Assembly (NCBI GenBank): GCA_016213505.1
Contig: JACRAF010000049.1
Coordinates: 2,045 to 34,044, forward strand
Origin: Devosia nanyangense
Lineage (GTDB): Bacteria; Pseudomonadota; Alphaproteobacteria; Rhizobiales; Devosiaceae
Length of the DNA: 32,000 nt
Reading direction: 5' to 3'
This document shows, in pieces, positions 1-8,330 of the stretch (its first letter is position 1; the number at the start of each line of letters is the position of its first letter). Made by a program: the position numbers and the translations under genes. The notes beneath the pieces were generated by a model. The model was not told the DNA's origin. It searched no databases and was given only the letters and a program-made list of their open reading frames with translations.

Positions 1-498
1 TTCACCTTCGCCTACGAGGCGGTGAAGCGGCTCCACGCCAAGGGCCGCAAGCACGTCTCGATGGTCACGGCCAATCCGCGCTTCATGTTCGGCAAGCACC
101 TGCGCGACGGCCTGATGCAGGCGGCGCGCGAAACCGGCATGAGCTACGAGCTCGAAACCGGCGTGACGCTCGACGACACCGCCGAAGACATAAGGCTGGC
201 GACGATGCGGCGGATCGCCCAGGGCAAGGCGCCCGATGCCTATGTCTGCCCCGGCGACGCCGTGGCGCTGGCGGTGATCGCCGGGATCGTCGATTCCGGC
301 CGGCAGGTCGGGCGCGACGCCGACATCGTCACCAAGCAGATGAGCGGCATCTTCTCGCTGGTCCGCCCCAAGGTCGACGTGATCACCGAGGACATCGCGC
401 TCGCCGGCCTGCAGATGGGCGAGCTGCTGCTCAAGCGGATCAAGGGCGAACCGGTGGGCGCGCTGCAGATATTGCAGGTGCCTGCGATACCGTTCTAG
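1..498 (+). CDS. LacI/GalR-family transcriptional regulator, C-terminal effector-binding (periplasmic-binding-protein-like) domain. The 5' end lies outside the window.
   Basis: Frame 1 is open from base 1, the same frame as track ORF 22..498. The translation (...KAPDAYVCPGDAVALAVIAGIVDSGRQVGRDADIVT...) has the typical LacI-family C-terminal subdomain pattern. GC3 is high. Stop TAG at 496-498. Confidence 0.6.
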   Translation, partial: FTFAYEAVKRLHAKGRKHVSMVTANPRFMFGKHLRDGLMQAARETGMSYELETGVTLDDTAEDIRLATMRRIAQGKAPDAYVCPGDAVALAVIAGIVDSGRQVGRDADIVTKQMSGIFSLVRPKVDVITEDIALAGLQMGELLLKRIKGEPVGALQILQVPAIPF

Positions 499-503
499 CG
501 GTT

Positions 504-696
504 GCAGTCGGTCACCCCCCCCTCGCGGGGAGGGTAGCGACGCTAGGACCGAAGGTCCGTAGCAGAGCTAGGGAGGGGGGCGACCCACGCCCGGTGCCGA
601 CTGTTCCCCCCTCCTGCTCGATCACGGACTTAGCGAAGGGCTAAGTCCTATCTCGCTTCCTCCCCCGCAAGGGGGGAGGTGGGGTGCCGACTGCTC
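504..696. repeat. Composite palindromic intergenic repeat (two REP/MITE-like hairpin units of about 100 bp), copy A
   Basis: Units are bounded by the decamer CAGTCGG(C/T)AC or its complement (504-515, 593-605, 683-696). Internal hairpins include GGACC-GAA-GGTCC (546-558) and GGACTTAGC-GAAGG-GCTAAGTCC (626-648). The reverse complement of 640-686 is identical over 47 nt to 29830-29876. It sits between convergent genes and abuts the uup-like stop codon. Confidence 0.85.
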
Positions 697-2503
697 AGCC
701 CTCGATCGTTTCCCTGATCGTCTCGAGCTCCAGCCAGTCGTTCTCGGCCTTGGCCTTGGCGTCTTCGGCGGCGCTGAGTTTGGCGGAGAGATCGGCGAAG
801 GTTTTGGGGTCTTTCTTGTAGAGGCTCGGATCGCCGAGGCGGGCACTGAGCTTGGTGATCTCGGTGGTCAGCCGGGAGATCTCCCTGGGCAGCGTCTCGA
901 GCGCATGTTTCTGCTTGAAGGAGAGCTTCGCTTTTGGTTGCGGCGGCGCGGTCTGGGGGAGCGACGGGCGGGCGCCCTTCTGCGGCTTCAACAGTTCCGG
1001 CGCGGTGACGCCGAAGCCGCGCTGGGCGACCATGTCGGAATAGCCGCCGGCATATTCGGTCCACACCCCCTCGCCTTCGGCGACGATCACCGAGGTCGCG
1101 ACGCGATCGAGGAAGTCGCGGTCGTGGCTGACGACGATCACCGTGCCGGGGAAATCGCCGAGCATTTCCTGCAACAGGTCGAGGGTTTCGAGGTCGAGAT
1201 CGTTGGTCGGCTCGTCGAGGACGAGGAAGTTCGAGGGCAGCGCCAGGGCGCGCGCCAGCGCCAGCCTGCCGCGCTCGCCGCCCGAGAGTTTTTCGACCGC
1301 GGTGCGGGCCTGCTCAGGAGTGAACAGGAAATCCTTCATGTAGCCCATGACGTGCTTGGGCTGGCCGTTGATGATCAGCGTGTCGGAGCCGCCGGCGGTC
1401 AGCGCTTCCTTGAGGGTCGAGGTCGGATCGAGCCTGGCGCGGCGCTGATCGAGGCTCGCCAGTTCGAGGTTGGACCCGAGCCGGATTTTTCCGGAATCCG
1501 GTTTCAGTTCGCCGGTCAGCATTTTGATCAAGGTGGTCTTGCCGGCGCCGTTGGCGCCGACGATACCGATGCGGTCGCCGCGGATGACGCGGGTCGTAAA
1601 ATCGGTGACGATGGGACGGTCGCCGAAGCTCTTGGAAATGTGCTCGGCTTCGACCACGAGCTTGCCGGAAAGATCGGATTCGGAGACCTGGAGTTTCACC
1701 TCGCCAACCGAGCGGCGCTGGTCGCGGCGCTGCTGGCGCAAGCCCGCGAGCCGCTCGAGCCGGCCGACATTGCGCTTGCGCCGCGCCGTGACGCCGTAGG
1801 TGATCCAGTGCTCCTCGCGGACGATCTGGCGGTCGAGCTTGTGGCGGTTGAGTTCTTCCTCCTCGAGCACGGTATCGCGCCACGCCTCGAACTCGCCGAA
1901 GCCGCGATTGAGCCGCCGCGTCGTGCCGCGATCGAGCCAGACGGTGGCGCGGGTGAGATCGGAGAGAAAGCGCCGGTCGTGGCTGATGATGACCAGCGCC
2001 GATTTGAGCGACTTGATCTCGTTCTCCAGCCACTCGATGGCGGGCAGGTCGAGATGGTTGGTGGGCTCATCGAGGAGGATGATGTCGGGCTCGGGCGCCA
2101 GCACCCGGGCCAGCGCGGCGCGGCGAGCCTCGCCGCCCGAGAGGCGGGCGGGGTCTTCGGCCCCGGTGAGGCCGAGCTGGGTCAGCAGGTATTGCGAGCG
2201 GTAGTGGTCGTTGCCCTCGGCCATGCCGTCCTCGACATAGGCGAGCGTGGTGGCAAAGCCGCTCAGATCGGGCTCCTGCGCCAGATAGCGGATGGTGACG
2301 CCGGGCTGGAGGAAGCGCTTGCCGCCATCGGCCTCGATGGCGCCGGCGGCGATCTTGAGCAGGGTCGATTTGCCCGAGCCGTTGCGGCCGACGAGCGCGA
2401 TCTTGTCGCCGGGCAGCACCGACAGCTCCGCCCCGTCGAGCAGGAGCGTCGAGCCGAGGGTAAGCCGGATCTGTTGCAGGGCGAGGATGGGCGCGGCGGC
2501 CAT
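695..2503 (-). CDS. uup: ABC-F family ATPase (Uup-like): two ABC ATPase cassettes plus a C-terminal coiled-coil
   Basis: Two Walker A motifs (GRNGSGKST, GANGAGKTT), two LSGGE signatures and two Walker B motifs (ILLLDEPTNHLD, FLVLDEPTNDLD). The Lys/Ala/Glu-rich C-terminal tail resembles the Uup CTD. I chose the ATG at 2503 (MAAAPILALQ...) over the track start at 2563, which adds an Arg/Gly-rich 20-aa extension. Confidence 0.85.
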   Translation of the reverse strand: MAAAPILALQQIRLTLGSTLLLDGAELSVLPGDKIALVGRNGSGKSTLLKIAAGAIEADGGKRFLQPGVTIRYLAQEPDLSGFATTLAYVEDGMAEGNDHYRSQYLLTQLGLTGAEDPARLSGGEARRAALARVLAPEPDIILLDEPTNHLDLPAIEWLENEIKSLKSALVIISHDRRFLSDLTRATVWLDRGTTRRLNRGFGEFEAWRDTVLEEEELNRHKLDRQIVREEHWITYGVTARRKRNVGRLERLAGLRQQRRDQRRSVGEVKLQVSESDLSGKLVVEAEHISKSFGDRPIVTDFTTRVIRGDRIGIVGANGAGKTTLIKMLTGELKPDSGKIRLGSNLELASLDQRRARLDPTSTLKEALTAGGSDTLIINGQPKHVMGYMKDFLFTPEQARTAVEKLSGGERGRLALARALALPSNFLVLDEPTNDLDLETLDLLQEMLGDFPGTVIVVSHDRDFLDRVATSVIVAEGEGVWTEYAGGYSDMVAQRGFGVTAPELLKPQKGARPSLPQTAPPQPKAKLSFKQKHALETLPREISRLTTEITKLSARLGDPSLYKKDPKTFADLSAKLSAAEDAKAKAENDWLELETIRETIEG

Positions 2504-2552
2504 GGACTTCCGGGCGTGATTGATGCGGCCGTCCCTATGGCACGGTCCGCCG

Positions 2553-4253
2553 TCAGTTGCCACCCGCTACCGGGTGCGGCGGAATATCGAGGCCGTCGAC
2601 CAGCCCAGCGCCGTGGCGGGCAAAGACGATACGCTCGTCGATGACGGCGAGCAGGTCGTCCGGCGCGAAATGGCGGCTGACCTCGAGCGCGGTGGCGGCA
2701 TCGAGGACATAGAGCGTCCGCTCCTCCAGCGCGCCGGCGGCGATTTCGGCCGCCTCCCGCGCCTGCAGCGCCCCCAGCGCCCGCTGGTCGACGCGGCCGA
2801 GATAGACGGCATCGACCTGCATGTGGTGCTGCAGGGCATAGTAGGACAGCGCCTTCCAGTCGCCGCCCATGCCGCGATAGGGGATGGCGCGGACCCTTGT
2901 GTAACCAGCCGCGGCGGCGCGATCCCAGACCGGCGAGACGAGCGGCGTCGGCCAGGTGGCGGCGGGGGCCGGCAGGCGGGCGGCGAAGGACTGCCAGGCC
3001 GGCGCCGAATCGACCGCCTGGGCGGCGAACGCGATGGTCGCGATCAGCACGGCGGCCGGGGCCGGCAGGCGGCGGCCGACCAGCACGACGCTGCCGATAG
3101 TGACAAAATAGAGCAGCGGCCAGATGAAGCGGCCGGTGGAGCGGAAGGTCGAGGCGAGATCGAGCAGGCCCTGCGGCAGCGGAATGTCGAGGACGCTCTG
3201 GTCGGCGAAGGCGATCTTCTGCGACCATGCAAAGACCATCATGCCGACGAGGGCGAGGGTGAGCGGCAGCCAGGTGCGGGTCAATGCCGAGCGGAGCGAA
3301 AGCACGGCGCCCGAGACGATGGCAACGGCAAGCAGCGCCAAGACGCCGATGCCGAGAAAGCTCATCCCCTCGTAGTCGTATTTGGTGTGGGCGATATCGG
3401 GGAAGAGCTGCGACCAGCTGTAGCGGATCAACGGCCACAGCAGGTTGAGCTTGTAGTCGCCATAGCCATATGTGCCGAGCGAGCCGGTGAAGAAGAACCC
3501 TGCGGTCCACAGCACGGCGAACGTCGCGGCGGCGACGAAGGCGAGCTCCAGTGCGGCCGCGCCACGGCGCAGCCGTGCGAGCCAAAGCCGCTGCAACCAC
3601 GCTGCGAGCCAGAGGCCGAGCACCATGGCCAGAAGATAGGCGTGGATGGCGGCGGTCAGCCCGACGAGCAGCGGCCACATCCACAGCCGTGGCGGGACGC
3701 GGCGGACATAGAGCCAGAGGCCGGCGAGGACGACCCAATGGCCGCTCAGCGCCATGTGCATCGGCATCCGGAACAGGAAGGCCGGGGTGATGAGGGCAAA
3801 GCCTGCGGCGACCAGCGACAGCAACCGACCGGCGCCCAGTTCGCGGGCGATGGCATAGGTGAAGGCCGACTGGAGGACAAAGCAGAGGAGGAACCAATAG
3901 CCCCAATACTGGAAGGGCTGCGGCAGCCACTGCGCGACGAGTTTCAATGGCAGGGCGAAGAGCGGCAGGCCGTCGACCAGCGCGATCGAATTGGCGAGCT
4001 CGATGCCGAGGTCGGGGCTGGCGCCGGGCGGGATGCCCCATGGCGCCTGGCGGAAGAACATCCAGCCCAGCGTGTGCATGGCGCGATCGGCAACGCTCAG
4101 CCATGCGATATTGGTGGGGATCAGGACCGACAGGCCGCAGAAGATGAAGAACGCGGCAAGCCCCAGACCTACCGCCGCCGATCCGCCGAGGAGGTCACGC
4201 ACTCTGGTGGGCAAGATGGGTCCAATGGTCAGGCGACGCGGCCGGCGCGGCAT
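2553..4253 (-). CDS. Polytopic inner-membrane protein (about 11-12 TM helices plus a C-terminal soluble domain of about 170 aa). GT-C-like / DUF6311-like. Function unknown.
   Basis: This is the only frame of three long overlapping ORFs with normal amino-acid composition; the alternatives are Arg/Pro/Gly-rich shadows. It has many hydrophobic segments (e.g. WMWPLLVGLTAAIHAYLLAMVLGLWLAAWL). The N-terminal motif AMHTLGWMFFRQAPWGIPPG recalls DUF6311-type membrane proteins (from memory, unverified). Confidence 0.6.
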   Translation of the reverse strand: MPRRPRRLTIGPILPTRVRDLLGGSAAVGLGLAAFFIFCGLSVLIPTNIAWLSVADRAMHTLGWMFFRQAPWGIPPGASPDLGIELANSIALVDGLPLFALPLKLVAQWLPQPFQYWGYWFLLCFVLQSAFTYAIARELGAGRLLSLVAAGFALITPAFLFRMPMHMALSGHWVVLAGLWLYVRRVPPRLWMWPLLVGLTAAIHAYLLAMVLGLWLAAWLQRLWLARLRRGAAALELAFVAAATFAVLWTAGFFFTGSLGTYGYGDYKLNLLWPLIRYSWSQLFPDIAHTKYDYEGMSFLGIGVLALLAVAIVSGAVLSLRSALTRTWLPLTLALVGMMVFAWSQKIAFADQSVLDIPLPQGLLDLASTFRSTGRFIWPLLYFVTIGSVVLVGRRLPAPAAVLIATIAFAAQAVDSAPAWQSFAARLPAPAATWPTPLVSPVWDRAAAAGYTRVRAIPYRGMGGDWKALSYYALQHHMQVDAVYLGRVDQRALGALQAREAAEIAAGALEERTLYVLDAATALEVSRHFAPDDLLAVIDERIVFARHGAGLVDGLDIPPHPVAGGN

Positions 4254-4266
4254 GCGCCGGCGGCGA

Positions 4267-4734
4267 TCAATGCGCGGTGACGGCGCTCAGTTCCTCGAGC
4301 CCGAGACCGAGCCGGCGGCGCAGCGAGGTCCGCTTGTGGGCGAGATCGGCGATGGTGTAGCCGTCGAGCACCTCGAAGAACGCCGCCAGCGCCTCGTGCA
4401 GCGCGCCGCTCAGATCACAATTGTCGGCGAGCGGGCAGAGCACGTCGCCACCGCCCTCGAAGCACTCGGCCATGGCGAAGTTCTCCTCGGTCAGCTTGAC
4501 GGTATCGAGCAGCGTGATCTCGGCGGCGGGACGGCCGAGGCGGATACCGCCCTTGCGGCCGCGCACCGTCTCGAGCAGACCGGCCTCGACCAGCGGCCTG
4601 ATCAGCTTGAACAGGAACAGCTCCGAAATGGCGTGCGCCCTGGCGATGTCGGCGACGTGGCTGAGATCGGGCGAATTGACCGCGCAATAGACGAGCGTGC
4701 GGATGGCGTAAGACGATTGGCGGGTGAGCCGCAT
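4267..4734 (-). CDS. Rrf2-family transcriptional regulator (IscR/NsrR-like, probable Fe-S cluster ligands)
   Basis: The N-terminus MRLTRQSSYAIRTLVYCA is the canonical Rrf2 winged-helix start. Three clustered Cys residues (CFEGGGDVLCPLADNC) sit where Rrf2 proteins ligate Fe-S clusters. It lies 13 bp upstream of the membrane-protein gene, so it is probably operonic. Confidence 0.85.
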   Translation of the reverse strand: MRLTRQSSYAIRTLVYCAVNSPDLSHVADIARAHAISELFLFKLIRPLVEAGLLETVRGRKGGIRLGRPAAEITLLDTVKLTEENFAMAECFEGGGDVLCPLADNCDLSGALHEALAAFFEVLDGYTIADLAHKRTSLRRRLGLGLEELSAVTAH

Positions 4735-4796
4735 GCGGGGTATCCTGTCGGCAAGCCGTTGAAATTGCGTGGCTTATTAGCTGAGTGTTGCGCTCC

Positions 4797-4824
4797 AGTT
4801 TATAATCGTTCCAAACTTTGTCAA
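4797..4824 (-). promoter_or_regulatory. Candidate sigma70-type promoter for the Rrf2 operon, embedded in dyad symmetry (possible autoregulatory operator)
   Basis: The minus strand reads TTGACA (4824-4819), a 16-nt spacer, then TAAACT (4802-4797), about 60 nt upstream of the Rrf2 ATG in a locally AT-rich gap. Flanking inverted repeats are GTGTTGCG (4785-4792) / CGCGACAC (4825-4832) and AGTTT (4797-4801) / AAACT (4813-4817). Confidence 0.35.
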
Positions 4825-4840
4825 CGCGACACCCGGCCGC

Positions 4841-5887
4841 TCAGCCCTCGGGATAGAGCCGGTGCAGCGCCTGGTCGGCCTCCGAGAGCCGGGCCCGGGC
4901 GGTGAAACTCTGGTGCCAGTAGGGGTAGATCAGCGGCGGCTGGCTGACGGTGTCGAGCCGGCTCACCTCGTCGGCGCTGAGGCGCAGATCGGCGGCCTCG
5001 AGGTTGTCCTCGAACTGCGCAGTGTTGCGCCCGCCGATGATCACCGAGGCGACCAGCGGCCGTTGCAGCAGCCAGGCCAGCGACACCTGCGCGCCCGATA
5101 CGCCATGCGCCGCGGCGACCTCGTTGACGACGTCGACGATGTTCCACAGATGATCCCAGTCATAAATCGGCGGCTCCTTGAAGCCGGTGACCTGGCGGCC
5201 GGAATCGGGCCGGGTATGGCGGGTGTATTTCCCTGAGAGCCAGCCCCCGGCGAGCGGCGACCAGACGAGGATCGACACGCCCTGGTCGAGGCCGAGCGGC
5301 ACGAGCTCGTATTCGGCCTCGCGCGAATGGAGGGTGTAGTGAATCTGCTGGCCGACGAAACGCTGGTAGTGGCCGGCATCGGCGATGCTCAGCGCCTTCA
5401 TCAGATGCCAGGCCGAGTAGTTCGAGCAGGCGAGGTAGCGGACCTTGCCCTGCTTGACGAGCGTATCGAGGGCTTCGACGGTTTCCTCGAGCGGGGTCTG
5501 CCCGTCCCATTCGTGGACGTGGTAGAGATCGATGACGTCGGTCTTGAGGCGCTTGAGCGAGGCCTCGCAGGCACGGATGATGTGGTGGCGGCTCAGCCCC
5601 TCGTCGTTCGGACCTTTGCCCGTGGGGAAGCGGACTTTGGTCGAGATCAGGAGCCGCTCGCGGCGGTCGGCGGTGAGCACCTCGCCGATCATGCTCTCGG
5701 ACTTGCCGTCATTGTAGACATTGGCGGTGTCGATGAGGTTGACGCCGTGGTCGAGGCAAAGATCGATCTGGCGCTGCGCGTCCTTGAGATCGGTTTCGCC
5801 CCACACTCCGTCATTGCCGAAGGTGACGGTGCCGATGGCGAGCGATGAGACCTTGAGGCCCGAGCGGCCGAGCAGGCGATAATCCAT
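4841..5887 (-). CDS. Aldo/keto reductase (Tas/YajO-like NADP-dependent oxidoreductase)
   Basis: MDYRLLGRSGLKVSSLAIGTVTFG... is a typical AKR N-terminus, followed by DTANVY, LISTK and HxWD-type motifs. The ATG at 5887 is preceded by GGAGGAC (reverse complement of 5891-5897). The track start at 5953 adds an implausible extension. Confidence 0.85.
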   Translation of the reverse strand: MDYRLLGRSGLKVSSLAIGTVTFGNDGVWGETDLKDAQRQIDLCLDHGVNLIDTANVYNDGKSESMIGEVLTADRRERLLISTKVRFPTGKGPNDEGLSRHHIIRACEASLKRLKTDVIDLYHVHEWDGQTPLEETVEALDTLVKQGKVRYLACSNYSAWHLMKALSIADAGHYQRFVGQQIHYTLHSREAEYELVPLGLDQGVSILVWSPLAGGWLSGKYTRHTRPDSGRQVTGFKEPPIYDWDHLWNIVDVVNEVAAAHGVSGAQVSLAWLLQRPLVASVIIGGRNTAQFEDNLEAADLRLSADEVSRLDTVSQPPLIYPYWHQSFTARARLSEADQALHRLYPEG

Positions 5888-6043
5888 GATGTCCTCCGTA
5901 TCGCTGGAGGTTCTAGCGCGCGAGGGATGAACTGGTAAGGGGGGCGACCGCATGTACCTCTAGTCACCAAAGAAATTCTACCCGCCTGTCGAAATGCCCC
6001 CGCCTCGCCCGACATTGGTTTGAACGCCACAAGGAGCGAGCCG

Positions 6044-6874
6044 ATGCGCGACGTGAAGATGCTGATGGATGGGATCGTCCTGGGCGAATGCCCGCGCTGG
6101 CACGAGGGGCGGCTGTGGTTTTCGGATTGGGGCGCCAAACAAATGATCGCCGTCGACATGGACGGGCGGCACGAGGTGATCGACCGCGTCGACGCCCTGC
6201 CCTTCTCGTTCGACTGGGCGCCGGACGGGCGGCAGCTGGTGATCGCCAAGCGCACGCTGCACCGCCGCGAAGAGAACGGCGTTCTCAAGCCGTGGGTCGA
6301 TCTCACCGACCTTGCCGAGATGGGCTGGAACGAGATCGTCGTCGACGCGCGCGGCAACACCTACATCAACAACATCAACTTCGCCTTCCCCGGCGGCGAG
6401 TTCAAGCCGGGCTATGTCGGGCTGGTGACGCCGGACGGCCAAGCGCGGATCGTCGCCGAGGGCGTCGCCTTCCCCAACGGCATGGTGGTAACGCCCGACA
6501 ACAAGACGCTGATCGTCGGGGAATCGTTTGCCACCTCGCTCACGGCGTTCGACATCGCCGCCGACGGCAGCCTCTCGGGCCGCCGGCTGTGGGCCAAGCT
6601 CGACGGCGGCCCCGACGGCATCGCCATGGACGCCGAAGGCGCCATCTGGAGCAGCGCCGGCGAGAAATGCATCCGCGTCAAGGACGGCGGCGAAGTGCTG
6701 GAGACGATCGACCTCGACCGCTTCTGCTTTGCCGCGATGCTGGGCGGCGACGACGGCAAGACGCTGTTCATGGTGTGCAACGAATGGACCGGCAGCACCC
6801 AGAACCTGGCCCGGACCGGGCGAGTGTACTGGACGCGGGTCGAGGTGCCGGGGGCGGGCTGGCCGGGGCGGTAG
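6044..6874 (+). CDS. SMP-30/gluconolactonase/LRE-like beta-propeller hydrolase
   Basis: The motifs LGECPRWHEGRLWFSD and PNGMVVTPDNKTLIVGES are typical of the SMP-30/gluconolactonase family. The ATG at 6044 lies 7 nt after AAGGAG (6031-6036); the track TTG at 6020 is less likely. Confidence 0.8.
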   Translation: MRDVKMLMDGIVLGECPRWHEGRLWFSDWGAKQMIAVDMDGRHEVIDRVDALPFSFDWAPDGRQLVIAKRTLHRREENGVLKPWVDLTDLAEMGWNEIVVDARGNTYINNINFAFPGGEFKPGYVGLVTPDGQARIVAEGVAFPNGMVVTPDNKTLIVGESFATSLTAFDIAADGSLSGRRLWAKLDGGPDGIAMDAEGAIWSSAGEKCIRVKDGGEVLETIDLDRFCFAAMLGGDDGKTLFMVCNEWTGSTQNLARTGRVYWTRVEVPGAGWPGR

Positions 6875-6996
6875 GGGCCCCGCCGTCTCGGTCGCTACGG
6901 TCCGACCCTGTGCTGTGGATCGTCGATTTCGTCGTATTCTCGTATCTTGTCCGATACTGTGGCACCACGTAGACAACCCGAAGTGCGACTTCAAGC

Positions 6997-8193
6997 TTGG
7001 ACGTTCGGCTGAGATTCCCGCTAGTGCGGCCGTTGATTCTCGACGATTGTTGGCCGTTGGAGGGATACGGAGCCCTTGTCGAGTTCGAAAGGAACGACCG
7101 GCAGGCTGTTGCGCTCGTTGTGACCTTTCGAAATCAATCGGTGGACCTAGCACCCCAAGTTCGGCCTCTGTCCGGTGGACTACCCAAGGCGGAAATCAAC
7201 ATCCGGGGTAACTTCGCGTTGAAGGCGCGTCAGATCGTGGGGCGATTCACCGACTACCTGAACCTCCATTCAGATGTTCTCGTCGACACCGACAACTTCG
7301 CCGTCGAATACTTGCTTGTCGACGAGACCGAGCGAACACAGCTACACGTCTTCAACTTCACTACGTCGACTCAGTTGCCGCCCTCTCGCCTTGCTTTCAG
7401 CATGGTCGCGCAAGCCTTTTTTGCTGGTGAGGGGACCGATGATCCCTCTTTCGCATCACACCTGTCACGAACTGCGAGAGAAGCGCTCGCAAATGAGCGA
7501 TACATCGACGCGTTTCGCTACGGCTTTCTCCTCATTGAGGCAATGTATGGGGATGGCAACTTCAAGACGAAGCAACTAGTGGCGAGCCTCAGGTCGAATG
7601 CGACGTTCATGGCCATCCTGACCGACACTATGACCGATCTCGCGACCAGCAGGATTTCAGAGGTCAGGACGCTCATGGCCTCTCACGCGACACCTGAGAA
7701 ACTGGTCGAACATCTCGTCGATCGAAGAGGATTCTACTTTCATGGCAACGCAAAGCATCAAGGCGCATGGCACCCGAACCAGCATCAAGCCGCCCAACCT
7801 ATAGCTGAAGTTGCTGTACTCACGGCCGCCGGCATAGCGCACTCATTCTCCTCAGCCATGTTTGCTCCCCACATTGGTTCGCGACACTTCGATAACGCAA
7901 GGAAGCAGGGTGCCATCATGAGTTTCATTGCCGAAATCCGTTTTTTGGACGCGCACGGCTTTGAGAGGACCCGAACAATAAACGTGAACACCCCTGGAAC
8001 CGCGCTTCACAACCAACTGGCGTTGCGCCTTCACAAGGACTTGCTAGAGACCGTAGAGGTTGAGATGCGCGATTGTCAGGTGATCGCCATCGCGGCGAGA
8101 GAGACAAAATCAGGAAGAGAAGTGTTCAAAGCCAATTACTTGGCTCAGGTTGCGGAGCGGGAAACGTCCGAGCATCCGCCAGAATCCGACTAG
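6997..8193 (+). CDS. Orphan hypothetical protein in a low-GC islet. Possible HEPN-like (R-x4-H) protein. Start codon uncertain.
   Basis: It is the only long ORF in the roughly 6900-8200 low-GC stretch; 7261-7320 counts 30/60 G+C against about two-thirds elsewhere. Codon usage is atypical for the host (AGA, CGA, ATA, TCA, TTT). The track start is TTG, and the first in-frame ATG is only around aa 135. I recognise no family. An R244-x4-H249 motif (DRRGFYFHG, 7726-7743) is present. Confidence 0.55.
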   Translation: MDVRLRFPLVRPLILDDCWPLEGYGALVEFERNDRQAVALVVTFRNQSVDLAPQVRPLSGGLPKAEINIRGNFALKARQIVGRFTDYLNLHSDVLVDTDNFAVEYLLVDETERTQLHVFNFTTSTQLPPSRLAFSMVAQAFFAGEGTDDPSFASHLSRTAREALANERYIDAFRYGFLLIEAMYGDGNFKTKQLVASLRSNATFMAILTDTMTDLATSRISEVRTLMASHATPEKLVEHLVDRRGFYFHGNAKHQGAWHPNQHQAAQPIAEVAVLTAAGIAHSFSSAMFAPHIGSRHFDNARKQGAIMSFIAEIRFLDAHGFERTRTINVNTPGTALHNQLALRLHKDLLETVEVEMRDCQVIAIAARETKSGREVFKANYLAQVAERETSEHPPESD

Positions 8194-8330
8194 CAAAACG
8201 GTGACCGTGGAGTTCCACACCCCCTGTCACGTCTCCGCTGCGCAGCCTGCCGGAAAAAGACGACTGCCCCAATCGCCGACCAGGGTGAGTCGGCCACGCT
8301 GCCAACCCCGATCTACCCCGCCCCGCTCCC

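Noticed and set aside
622-1064. ORFs 622..846(-), 648..1064(-) and 29623..29868(+), which share an identical C-terminal peptide (HPTSPLAGEEAR).
   Set aside because: The shared peptide is simply the translation of the 47-nt identical repeat core. The ORFs lie in or read out of palindromic intergenic repeats and are not credible genes.
905-2644. A long 579-aa plus-strand ORF antisense to the uup-like gene. Similar very long antisense or out-of-frame ORFs occur elsewhere: 2263..4104(-), 2520..4280(+), 5978..7153(-), 8713..10200(+), 8672..9862(-), 11388..12911(-), 12942..14684(-), 13955..14746(+), 14312..15217(-), 16453..18546(+), 18371..20002(-), 18618..19733(-), 19851..21647(-), 20999..21847(+), 23953..25233(+), 26935..28083(+), 26975..29527(-).
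   Set aside because: These are typical high-GC shadow ORFs. Their translations are dominated by Arg/Ala/Gly/Pro/Asp runs and carry no recognisable motifs. Each overlaps a frame with clear family signatures and GC3 bias.
4801-4806. A perfect TATAAT on the plus strand in the Rrf2/AKR intergenic region.
   Set aside because: There is no acceptable -35 at 16-18 nt upstream and no plus-strand gene downstream; it would drive antisense to the AKR gene. The same AT-rich patch fits a minus-strand TTGACA-16-TAAACT promoter for the Rrf2 operon better.
7274-8107. Small ORFs inside the low-GC islet on other frames or the other strand (7274..7579(+), 7657..7842(-), 7785..7991(-), 7852..8034(-), 7925..8107(-)).
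   Set aside because: All are short (60-101 aa), are nested within the single long 6997..8193 ORF, and show no features of real genes.
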